64,000 nucleotides of DNA from NCBI GenBank assembly GCA_038870595.1, contig JAVZJU010000002.1, forward strand, positions 1-64,000, given 5' to 3'. The notes under the pieces are model-generated. The model was not told the DNA's origin. It saw only the letters and a list, made by a program, of their open reading frames with translations, and searched no databases. Made by a program: the position numbers and the translations under genes. Below are positions 36,414 through 45,495 of this stretch, in pieces. The DNA is from Candidatus Bathyarchaeia archaeon. GTDB lineage: Archaea; Thermoproteota; Bathyarchaeia; Bathyarchaeales; Bathycorpusculaceae. The stretch's first letter is position 1. The number at the start of each line of letters is the position of its first letter.

Positions 36414-39400
36414 TTATTTTCTCTTGCGTTTTGTTAGGCTTAAAAGCGAGGCGAATAGTGCCATCAGCATTGTGTACGCCATTGCTGGTGTTATTGGAGT
36501 GTTTTTAGTTAGGGCTATTGAGTATCCTCCAACTGGGACGGATGAGACTGTTACTCGGGCGGGGTCTGATTGGGCTGGGTTGCCCGCAGCATCCGTAACC
36601 TTCAGCATTACGTAATATGTGCCGGTTGCTGTCGGCGTAAAGACAAAGCTGCTGGATGTCGCTCCTGGGACTGGATTGTTGTTTACGAACCATTGGTATG
36701 TGTAGGGTGGTGTTCCGCCGCTAGCGGTGGATGTGAAGGTTACTTGTTGCCCCACCAGTATTGAGACGCTCATGGGGCTTATCGAAACTGTTGGCGGTGT
36801 TGGCGCCGTCTTAAAGAAGGCTTTTAATACGTAGTTGTTGTTCATTGTGACCGTGTAAGTTGTGGCTGTGCCCACATTTGTGCCATTAAGCTCCCAATGG
36901 TCAAAAATATAGCCGCTGTTTGGAATTGCCGTGACTTGAACCAGCGAGCCAGCAGAATAAGTGTATGTGCCCGGAGCCGGATTCGTTGTGCCGCCCGTTG
37001 TTGTCTCGATTTTCAGCGTGTAGGTTGGCACCACTGCAGTGTAGTGGGCGGTGGCGGTATGGGGTGCATTCATAACCACTGTTATTGGGTTTACCCCGCT
37101 TCCCTGCGATGCGCCGTCGACATCCCAGTATTGGAACGTGTAACCCGCCACAGTTGGCGCGGTGAGCTGAACGCTCTGCGCGGAATCATACCAGCCCTCT
37201 CCCGGAATCGTCGCAATGCCTGGCGGGTCGGTGCGCACAGTCAAATAGTATTGGACTTGGTAGGAGGCGCTTACAGTGAAGGGTGCATTCACGGTTTGTG
37301 GCGATGGCGGATTAACGCCTATTAGGATGTAGCGTACTCCTAGAACCGCCCCTGGAACAATGTCTTGGTAGGCGTATGTGATTTGGGAGCCCGCAAGAAC
37401 CCAGACTGTGAAGGGCACTGTTTCTGTTGGGTCTGTGTCAGCCGTGTAGGTGACTGTTGGAGCCACGCCAGAACCCGTCTGCGTGAAAGTTACAGCATAC
37501 TGGGTCTTCCAGTTTGCCACAGCCGTTTTTGGACCATCCATAATTATTGGGTTGCTTTGGGCGTAGTTTGTTCCGGAGGCGTCGCCGCCCCAGCTTACAA
37601 AAACTCTGCGGGTTCCGTTCCCATGGTCAACCAAGCCTGTATTCAGTGTTGCGTAGGCTGTTGCTCCGCTTGGATACCAGCCTTCTCCGCCCACTGTGCC
37701 GAAGGGGGAGGTAACCGTCAAATAATATTCTAGGGTGTAGTGGGCGGTGGCTGTGTGATTAGCGTCCATAACCACTGTTATCGGGTTGCCATTCTTTGGC
37801 GTTCCGTCAATATCCCAATAGCTAAACTTGTAACGCACACCAAGCGAAACTGGGACAGAATCTGGAGCTGTAAGCTCTACTCCTGTGCCTTCGTTATACC
37901 AGCCTTCACCTGGAATTGTCGTTACGCCAGCGGGGTCTGTCTTAACTGTTAGGTAGTATCTGCGTAAAACAACCGTGACTGTTTTCGTTTCTGTGTCCCA
38001 TCTGCCCTCACTATCTGTAACGTTTAGCGTTACGATGTAGTCGCCTGCTGATTCATAAACATGAGTTGTTATCGGATCACTTTCTTCAACTATTGGCGTA
38101 CCATCACCAAAATCCCAAGCATAGGTGACTATCGTTCCGCCGTCGGGTGTGGATGCTGAAGCATCAAAAGTAACCGTTTCGCCTCTCTGGGGATAGTAGG
38201 GAGTCCACCAGAAATCTGCAATGGGAGCCTTCTCAACAGTTATCTTCTTTGACGCGGTGTCCCATTTTCCTTCGCTGTCAGTAACGTTTAATGTAACTGT
38301 GAAAGTGCCATAAGTTGAATACGCATGGGTTATTACTGGACTGCTTGTTGTTGTGACGTTACCATCACCAAAATCCCAAGTATAACTGACTATTACTCCT
38401 CCATCTGGTGAGGAGGCAGAGGCATCAAAAGTAACAAGCTCATGGACAAGCGGGTCTGGCGGCGAAAAAGTGAACGCGGCAACTGGATGTTGGCTAACAT
38501 GGATTGTGGCGGTTTCATCATCCGTCAAGCCATCGTTATCCGTGACTGTTAGCTTAACAGAATAGTCTCCATAAGATGTGTACTTGTGGGTTATTATCGG
38601 GTTAGATGTTGTAGTAATGTTGCCATCACCAAAATCCCACTTATAGCTTACAATATAGCCGTCTGGGTCATAGCTTCCAGAAGCATCAAAAGTAACAAGC
38701 TCATTAACCTCCGGATAAGTTGGAGCATACGTGAACGCTGCGAAGGGTGGCTGAGGTGGCGGAGGCCCTGCTTGAAAGAAAACTGTGGAGTCGGCTGAAA
38801 GCGGGTTGTGAACTATCTGACCATCCCAGGTCACGCTTCCAGAAGTCGACTTTCCATAAGCGTCAAAATGCATTCTCACACCAGTAGGATCGGAAAAAGC
38901 CACAGAAACAACCAATGTTTTATAGCCTTTTTTAGGAATCAAACCCACATTAATGACGGTGTCGTTAAAATAGGTTGGGTAAACATCGCCACTAGGCCAA
39001 GTCCAAAGCTTATAGGGTTTAGGCGTACCCCAATGAAAAGCGGATTTAGGCACGCTCGTGCCATTAACAACCAAAGAAACAAGCTTACCATAACCAGCAT
39101 CGTTAAGTGCAATAACCAAACGAGTATCATAAGACCTCAAAGAACTACTCGTATTATTAATTCGGACAAGAAAAGTTTGAGAAGCCCCGGTCAAATTCAA
39201 AAACCAACACTCAGAAAGCCAAGGATCCGTGTTATAACCTAGATAAGTACCTTCAGGCAAAGAAACCTTAAGAATAGCACAGGGCGTCGCACTAACAGGA
39301 TGAACAAAAACCGTGCAAACCACCAGAAAATCCAGTAAAAACATTAATAGTAACAAATGCTTAAACTTTGAATGCAGATGCCCTCTCCCCTTCGGCAAAA

Positions 39401-39473
39401 AATAATTACGCCTCAAACACATATAAGCCTTACTAGAATTATCTTCTAGCGTGCAACCCCAAACAGAGCGCAA
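36414..39473 (-). CDS. Large secreted surface protein with three PKD domains, Ig-like domains and a C-terminal TM anchor + KRKRK tail
   Basis: WDFGDG...T/V.D PKD motifs x3, an Ig-like GGTPPYTYQWF domain, and the C-terminus AMAYTMLMALFASLLSLTKRKRK. Confidence 0.75.
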   Translation of the reverse strand: MRSVWGCTLEDNSSKAYMCLRRNYFLPKGRGHLHSKFKHLLLLMFLLDFLVVCTVFVHPVSATPCAILKVSLPEGTYLGYNTDPWLSECWFLNLTGASQTFLVRINNTSSSLRSYDTRLVIALNDAGYGKLVSLVVNGTSVPKSAFHWGTPKPYKLWTWPSGDVYPTYFNDTVINVGLIPKKGYKTLVVSVAFSDPTGVRMHFDAYGKSTSGSVTWDGQIVHNPLSADSTVFFQAGPPPPQPPFAAFTYAPTYPEVNELVTFDASGSYDPDGYIVSYKWDFGDGNITTTSNPIITHKYTSYGDYSVKLTVTDNDGLTDDETATIHVSQHPVAAFTFSPPDPLVHELVTFDASASSPDGGVIVSYTWDFGDGNVTTTSSPVITHAYSTYGTFTVTLNVTDSEGKWDTASKKITVEKAPIADFWWTPYYPQRGETVTFDASASTPDGGTIVTYAWDFGDGTPIVEESDPITTHVYESAGDYIVTLNVTDSEGRWDTETKTVTVVLRRYYLTVKTDPAGVTTIPGEGWYNEGTGVELTAPDSVPVSLGVRYKFSYWDIDGTPKNGNPITVVMDANHTATAHYTLEYYLTVTSPFGTVGGEGWYPSGATAYATLNTGLVDHGNGTRRVFVSWGGDASGTNYAQSNPIIMDGPKTAVANWKTQYAVTFTQTGSGVAPTVTYTADTDPTETVPFTVWVLAGSQITYAYQDIVPGAVLGVRYILIGVNPPSPQTVNAPFTVSASYQVQYYLTVRTDPPGIATIPGEGWYDSAQSVQLTAPTVAGYTFQYWDVDGASQGSGVNPITVVMNAPHTATAHYTAVVPTYTLKIETTTGGTTNPAPGTYTYSAGSLVQVTAIPNSGYIFDHWELNGTNVGTATTYTVTMNNNYVLKAFFKTAPTPPTVSISPMSVSILVGQQVTFTSTASGGTPPYTYQWFVNNNPVPGATSSSFVFTPTATGTYYVMLKVTDAAGNPAQSDPARVTVSSVPVGGYSIALTKNTPITPAMAYTMLMALFASLLSLTKRKRK

Positions 39474-39552
39474 CTTTGAAAATTAAAGAGAATTTTCGAG
39501 CTTCGGAATCTAGTTTATAAGACACTATTTTCAATTTTAACGTTAGAGTCTG

Positions 39553-40833
39553 GTGAAAACATTGAGGCAAAAAACTCTTCCAAAAACATTCTTAACTTTT
39601 ATGATTTTAGCATCAGCGTTCGCCTATGCACTCTCAACCACCATTTCTTCAAGCGGAAAGTCCATTTCTAGCAATGAAATTCGGGTGGGTTCAGGCGAAT
39701 CCATTCAAGAGGCAATAAACAACGCCAACCCCGGAGACACCATCATAGTTTCGCAAGGAACCTATAAGCAGTGGGATATAGTTGTTAACAAGACTTTAAA
39801 GATTGTTGGAGAAAACCCCGAAAACACCATTCTAGATGGAAATGGTACTGCACAGTACATTTTTCATGTAATTGCAAATAATGTATTTATAGGAAACTTT
39901 ACCCTTAAAGGCATGAACCCCGACCCGAACACTTATAGTTATGCCCTTGGAATAGCCAATACTTTGAACGTCACAGCAAAAAATCTCATAATCACCGATA
40001 CAGTAATTGGAATCGATGTGCAATCGTCAAACTTCAGTAAAGTGTTAAACAATCAATTTAGGGAATGCAAAGGTTGGGCTTTACGCTTACACAAAGCAGG
40101 TTGCAATAATACCATCGTGAGCAACAATTTTGAAAATAATACCATAGCCATAACCTTTGCAGATGCTTCAAGCAAATTTAACAAAATTTACCATAACAAC
40201 TTTATCAACAACACGAGGAATGTTGTATCATATTCAATAAATTATTTTGATAACGGTTATCCTTCCGGCGGAAACTACTGGAGTAATCATACCAAAACAG
40301 ACTTGAAGCACGGAGTCTATCAAAACGAAAGTGGCAGCGACGGCATAGTGGACGAAGTTTATTATGAATGGGGGGCAACAGATAACTATCCTTTAGTGTA
40401 CCCGCTTACAATCCTTAAAATCATCGTTGACGAGAAAATATTTGAGATTGAAGTTTCAACAAATTCAAGTTTAAACTCCTACACGTTTAACTTTGAAATG
40501 AAAAGCTTAAAACTGTTCTTAATGGGTGGAGAAGACGCTGTTGGAGCTTGTAGAATCTCGATTCCTAAGGAGCTTTTATCATGTGACCAGCTATCACAGT
40601 GGAATATTACGCTATCTAGCAATGGACAATTGAGCTTCTTGGAATATTTAGCCTTAGAGGATGCTGAAACAACATATCTGTACTTTACGTACAATCAATC
40701 AGACAGTTTCGAAATAGAGGTGATAGGGATAAATGCCGTACCAGAATTTCCGTCAATAGCATCAATAATTATTTTACTTGTGGCAGCCACAGCGATTATT
40801 CTGTTTAAAAGCAAATTTTCTAAAAAGCGTTAA
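39553..40833 (+). CDS. Secreted parallel beta-helix (NosD-like) protein with PEF-CTERM-like anchor
   Basis: Signal peptide and PbH1-like repeats. C-terminus NAVPEFPSIASIIILLVAATAIILF-KSKFSKKR. Confidence 0.7.
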   Translation: MKTLRQKTLPKTFLTFMILASAFAYALSTTISSSGKSISSNEIRVGSGESIQEAINNANPGDTIIVSQGTYKQWDIVVNKTLKIVGENPENTILDGNGTAQYIFHVIANNVFIGNFTLKGMNPDPNTYSYALGIANTLNVTAKNLIITDTVIGIDVQSSNFSKVLNNQFRECKGWALRLHKAGCNNTIVSNNFENNTIAITFADASSKFNKIYHNNFINNTRNVVSYSINYFDNGYPSGGNYWSNHTKTDLKHGVYQNESGSDGIVDEVYYEWGATDNYPLVYPLTILKIIVDEKIFEIEVSTNSSLNSYTFNFEMKSLKLFLMGGEDAVGACRISIPKELLSCDQLSQWNITLSSNGQLSFLEYLALEDAETTYLYFTYNQSDSFEIEVIGINAVPEFPSIASIIILLVAATAIILFKSKFSKKR

Positions 40834-40841
40834 AATTTCAC

Positions 40842-41342
40842 CTACTTTTGCCAGACATCTTTGGGAATGTGAAGAGTTATTGTTGCGCTTTCTGTTTCCT
40901 TGCAGCCAATTGTTAAAACATCGTCTAGCACAATTTCGCCATTATCGTTAATTGGAACTATATAATTTTCGAAATAGAGGGTAGATAGATCATTGCACCA
41001 TGACTCTCCTTTATTGAGGTGGGGATGAGGGCTCACATACTCTTCATGGGGCGACTGATTATTCTGCATTATTATCGAGGTGGCTTCGCCTCCTATGGCT
41101 GTTATGTTCAGGTATACACGTTTAACAATAATCGACTTGTTCGTGCCTGGATTCGGCTCCCAATCTACTTTCCACACTTTTATGTCGAAGTAATCTTTAG
41201 CTGATGGTCTTGGCTGTTGTGACTGTCTTACGGCTGATAAAACCGTCAATGTAATGAATATTAATGCTAAAGCGACAAGTAAATGTTTTAATTTTAACTT
41301 GAACTTCTTCCTTTCTTTACGCAACTCTCTAAGCCCTTCCAA
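40842..41342 (-). CDS. N-terminally anchored hypothetical extracellular protein
   Basis: Lys-rich N-terminus plus TM; no motif recognised. Confidence 0.35.
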   Translation of the reverse strand: MEGLRELRKERKKFKLKLKHLLVALALIFITLTVLSAVRQSQQPRPSAKDYFDIKVWKVDWEPNPGTNKSIIVKRVYLNITAIGGEATSIIMQNNQSPHEEYVSPHPHLNKGESWCNDLSTLYFENYIVPINDNGEIVLDDVLTIGCKETESATITLHIPKDVWQK

Positions 41343-41370
41343 TTTTAAAAAAGGAAAACAAAGATAAAAA

Positions 41371-41577
41371 TTAAGCGGTTAAGCCCCCGAGGTAGTAGAA
41401 TAGTATTCCACCTAAAAGGAGTGTTAAGGCAACGGATATTATCACGAGGGCGTCTTTTCTCTCAATGTTTCCGCCTAATTTCTTCACGCTAATATAAAGT
41501 GCGAGGAAAAAGTTCACCACAACGATTCCGCATAAAGTTAAAATCATTCCAGTTATTTGTAGTAACGGGTTTGCCAA
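41371..41577 (-). CDS. Small two-TM membrane protein
   Basis: 68 aa with two hydrophobic helices. Confidence 0.3.
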   Translation of the reverse strand: MANPLLQITGMILTLCGIVVVNFFLALYISVKKLGGNIERKDALVIISVALTLLLGGILFYYLGGLTA

Positions 41578-41619
41578 AGCTAAACAGCCTTCAATAGGAT
41601 ATAAAAAGATAGGGAAATT

Positions 41620-43671
41620 TTAAATTTTTGATGTTTTGAAAACTTTTTTCTTGGGAAAAGTTTTTGTTGCAGCTATTATGAGCGACGCCATCAACAGAGC
41701 CATCAGTAGCAGGTGGATTTGCTCAGACACCATACCTGACCCTTGAACTTTTACGACTGCATCGTAGTCTTCGAATACAAATTCTACGTAAATGTAAGTG
41801 TTTGTGTTGTCAGAGGTTATTTGGGGTGTGACTTCTACACCGTCTATGTAAACTTTCCAGCTGTCCCATATGAGATCTTTTGGAAGGGTTATGTTTACAT
41901 AAGCTGATGTGCCCGGAGCACCAGTGACTTGTAGAAATTCAATCCATGCGCCTGCAATGTTGTGGTTTATTGCGTTTGCAATTACTGATGTATTAGTGTG
42001 GGTTAAGATTGTGAAACCGAGCAGTTGATGGGCTACGGGGGAGACCAGCTTGTAAGTGTAAGTGGCGTTTTCTATCGTGAATGGTATGTCATTTTCTGCA
42101 GCGTTTAGTATAAATGTGTCCTCATACGGGTTGACCAAGCCCACTGTACATGTAGATTGAGGTGAAAGTGGTTGACGAATTATTTTTAGTTTTACTTGGC
42201 ATAGGACACCTGTGCCGTTAAACGTCCAATAGGGGTCGTTTATGTACGTGCAACCCCAGCTTACATAACCTGGACCAACATCTAGTGACGGAGTTATCAT
42301 TGCCCTGTTGGCACCAGCGAAAACGTGGTCTGATGGAAGAGATATTTCTGTGAAGTTTAGGAGTGTTGGGTCCCAGGTTAGATGGATCTGCCAGTTCTGC
42401 AAGTCCTCAACATCAACAACAGTGACATTGAAGGTTATTTCATCTCCCACTTTAGTCATGTTTGAGTAGTAGGTTGTTACTCCGTTGGCTGCCGTGACTC
42501 TGATGATGGCTGTGGGTGTTACCACTCTGACCGTGGCTGTTTTTTCTAATGTGGTACCTGCTGAGTCTGTCACCTTAACTTTTACATATTCAACGCCTTC
42601 GGTTGAGAAGGTGAAGGTTGCGGATGTCTGGTTTTCGTACGCCGTTTCTTCTATGTCGTTTCGGAACCATTGTATTTTATAAGGCGGCACTCCGCCTGAA
42701 ATTGTGGCAGTGAATGTTTTACTTCCACCAACATTAATGATAACCGTAGCTGGCATCAATTGTAATGATAATTCTGCAAGTTTCAGATAGGATGAAGCAT
42801 TTTTGCTAACCCCGACATAGTCGGTTACTTGGACTGTCACTTTATGAAGACCTGCCACTGTTATTGGGTAGCATTCCCAAGAAGTTTGGTTAAAGGCTTC
42901 TGTGACTTCTATTTCCGTGCCATTTGGCCATTGGAAGAACCATTGATATGTGTAGGGCAATGCTCCGTAAAGTGCTGTGGCTGTAAAGGTTTTGGTTTCG
43001 CCATAGTTCACTTTTATTGGGCTTGTATACGTGCCTAAGGGACTTATAGAAACCGTCAAATCGTCAATGTATGTGTAGGTTGCATCTTCCACCGTGAAGA
43101 GTATGTCGTATCCCGGTCCATTTAGTAGGAACGTGCTGTATCCGATTTCTGCTAAGGTGAGGTTGCAGGTTGCTGGGAAGGATGGTGGGGTTAAGATTTT
43201 TAATTTCACTTGGCATAGGACGCCTGTTCCGTTAAACGTCCAATAGGGGTCATTGATATATGTGCAGCCCCACATAACGTAGCCTGGACCAACATCTGGT
43301 GGTGGGGTTATCATAGATCTTGCTCCCGGAGTGCCTGGGGGTTGGATCGCTGAATCAATTGGGGCGAAAACGTGATCCCTAGGCAGATAAATGCTCGAGT
43401 ACTCAAGGAGTACTGGGTCCCAGGTTAGTTTAATCTGCCAGTTCTGCAAGTCCTCAACATCAACAACAGTTATGTTAACGATGAACGTGTCTCCTGGCTT
43501 AGTAGTGTTGGCGTAAAATGTGTTATTAACAGGTAAGACCACAATTTTTGTTCCGTCCTGCGCACTTGTTTGGGGCGTGAAGAGTGGAATCATGCCTAGC
43601 ATCAGAAAAGCAGAGATTAACATTGGAAAAACTTTCCTTATACTTTTATGTAAGTTCATCTGAATTTTCAC
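41620..43671 (-). CDS. Membrane-anchored scaffoldin-like protein with two cohesin-like modules
   Basis: Signal peptide. Two ~150-aa modules: PGDTFIVNITVVDVEDLQNWQIKLTWDPVLLEY...WGCTYINDPYWTFNGTGVLCQVKLKI, repeated at aa ~390-520. Two Ig-like PPYxYQWF domains. C-terminal TM plus KKK. Confidence 0.65.
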   Translation of the reverse strand: MKIQMNLHKSIRKVFPMLISAFLMLGMIPLFTPQTSAQDGTKIVVLPVNNTFYANTTKPGDTFIVNITVVDVEDLQNWQIKLTWDPVLLEYSSIYLPRDHVFAPIDSAIQPPGTPGARSMITPPPDVGPGYVMWGCTYINDPYWTFNGTGVLCQVKLKILTPPSFPATCNLTLAEIGYSTFLLNGPGYDILFTVEDATYTYIDDLTVSISPLGTYTSPIKVNYGETKTFTATALYGALPYTYQWFFQWPNGTEIEVTEAFNQTSWECYPITVAGLHKVTVQVTDYVGVSKNASSYLKLAELSLQLMPATVIINVGGSKTFTATISGGVPPYKIQWFRNDIEETAYENQTSATFTFSTEGVEYVKVKVTDSAGTTLEKTATVRVVTPTAIIRVTAANGVTTYYSNMTKVGDEITFNVTVVDVEDLQNWQIHLTWDPTLLNFTEISLPSDHVFAGANRAMITPSLDVGPGYVSWGCTYINDPYWTFNGTGVLCQVKLKIIRQPLSPQSTCTVGLVNPYEDTFILNAAENDIPFTIENATYTYKLVSPVAHQLLGFTILTHTNTSVIANAINHNIAGAWIEFLQVTGAPGTSAYVNITLPKDLIWDSWKVYIDGVEVTPQITSDNTNTYIYVEFVFEDYDAVVKVQGSGMVSEQIHLLLMALLMASLIIAATKTFPKKKVFKTSKI

Positions 43672-43726
43672 CTAGCAAACCTTTTTCATTCTATGCCATA
43701 TTTTAGCTTTACGGTTTAAAAATAGG

Positions 43727-45397
43727 CTATATAACTCTGTATCGCTCTTTTGGACTAGGCTCCTTTTCAGGTCTCTTCTTGTACCAGACAACAGTAACCC
43801 CGAGGGCTCCAAAAAAGGCTATAGCTGCATATAATTCCCAGCCTGTGCCGGATTCGCTTTGAGCTTGTATTACGGTTACATGTATGTCATGTGATATTGA
43901 TGAGTATAGTCCTTCGTCGTCGAAGACTATGAGGGTGACTGTATAGTCTCCTCCTTGTCCAGTATATGTAAATGTCGCTACTAGTTCTGTTGGCTTGGTT
44001 ATGTTGTAGGCTTGCATTTGGGTTTCTTCCATTTCTCCGTAGAAGTCCCATATGGCGTATACGATTTCTCCGTCTTCATCATACGTGTATCTTTCAGTTT
44101 CTGTGCCATATGCGTTGAAGATGACTTCTTGGTCTGGCATAGGTTGCAGTGGTGTCCATGTAAAGTTGACTATTGGGCGCTGTCCCACAAAGATTATTTT
44201 GCTTGTTGAATTGTAAAGTCCGTCGTTGTCAAAGGCTGTTAGGGTGACGTTGTAAAGGCTGTTTTTGGAGAGGGTGAACGTTACGTTTTCATCCGTCGTG
44301 GTTTCGTTCCAGAACTCAACGGGTACATAGTTTATTTTTACGCCTTTTGGCTTGAATTGTAGGCGGGTTAAGTTCCATAAGTATTGGGTGATGGTTCCAT
44401 CTGGGTCAAAGCTTCCTGTCGCGTTAAGCGTTATTGTTGCATTAGCCCCTATTGGTACGTAGGGGTTTTCAGGGTCGTAAGTGAAGCTTATCTGTGGGGG
44501 AATTCCAACAAAAATTACTTGCGTTTTTGAACTGTTTTGGTTTTCGTTGTCTGTCACCGTAAGGTTGACGTACTTTATTCCGTATGTTGTATATGTGTGA
44601 TTGACGCTTTGCTGGTTTGTTGTTGTGTTTGTTCCGTCTCCAAAGTCCCAAGTGTAGTTTGCAATATAGCCGTCTGGGTCGTAGCTTCCAGAAGCGTCAA
44701 AGGTCACTGGTTGGTTTGGTTTTGGGTATTGGGGCTGCCATGTGAAAGCCGCTATTGGCGGAGATTTAGCCCCATAAACTGTGACTTGGAAGGATTCGGA
44801 TGTAAACGGAATTTCAATTGAATCTGAGTTCCATAAGAAGGAGTCATCGTCATAGTCTGGGCTTCCTGTTGGAATTATGCTCAGCGTGAAGGTTCCTATT
44901 TTTATGGCTGTGAAGTTTATTTGGCAAAGTATTGCCTGAGAAGTTGTTACGGCGTCGTTCCAGTTGAGGAGGCTTGCGCCTAGAAAGACGTAGCCATAGC
45001 CTGGAGGAGCCTTTCGGGGTTGTTGATTATAGATCTCCGGTTGTACCTGCTGTATTTTTTTGTTGTAGAATACGAAGTTTGGGTTGTTTGTGGGTAGCCA
45101 TGCACCTGTACATTTAACTTTGCTATATTCGAAGCTTATTGCCACTTGAAAAGTAACTATGTTTTGTGTTAAACCCGTAAGTGTAACATTCACGGTGAAT
45201 GAATAGCCCCCTAACGGGATGGGAGTGGATTCGTTGCCCAATATGACGCTGTTCTCTCCAGTTTTTGAATCGATAATCCGGATTGTCCTCTCTTGAGCTT
45301 CTGCAAAAAATCTTAATTGGCTGGAAACGGTTAAAAGCATAATTTGACCTAATATCAAAATAATGAGAGCTTTGTTAAGTAATTTCACCATTTTCAC
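43727..45397 (-). CDS. Membrane-anchored surface protein: divergent cohesin-like N-domain + PKD domains + C-terminal TM
   Basis: N-terminal TM. FTVNVTLTGLTQNIVTFQVAISFEY...ILCQINFTAIK resembles the cohesin-like pattern. ANYTWDFGDGTNTTTNQQSVNHT PKD. C-terminal TM plus KKRPEK. Paralog of 52962..54506. Confidence 0.6.
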   Translation of the reverse strand: MKMVKLLNKALIILILGQIMLLTVSSQLRFFAEAQERTIRIIDSKTGENSVILGNESTPIPLGGYSFTVNVTLTGLTQNIVTFQVAISFEYSKVKCTGAWLPTNNPNFVFYNKKIQQVQPEIYNQQPRKAPPGYGYVFLGASLLNWNDAVTTSQAILCQINFTAIKIGTFTLSIIPTGSPDYDDDSFLWNSDSIEIPFTSESFQVTVYGAKSPPIAAFTWQPQYPKPNQPVTFDASGSYDPDGYIANYTWDFGDGTNTTTNQQSVNHTYTTYGIKYVNLTVTDNENQNSSKTQVIFVGIPPQISFTYDPENPYVPIGANATITLNATGSFDPDGTITQYLWNLTRLQFKPKGVKINYVPVEFWNETTTDENVTFTLSKNSLYNVTLTAFDNDGLYNSTSKIIFVGQRPIVNFTWTPLQPMPDQEVIFNAYGTETERYTYDEDGEIVYAIWDFYGEMEETQMQAYNITKPTELVATFTYTGQGGDYTVTLIVFDDEGLYSSISHDIHVTVIQAQSESGTGWELYAAIAFFGALGVTVVWYKKRPEKEPSPKERYRVI

Positions 45398-45495
45398 CCT
45401 TGATTATCTTAAAGTCTCTTGGATAAATGAGATTAAGTTGAATATTTATGTTTGTTGCCCAGAAGGATTTAAAGCGGTATGGAAAAATGGGGGTA

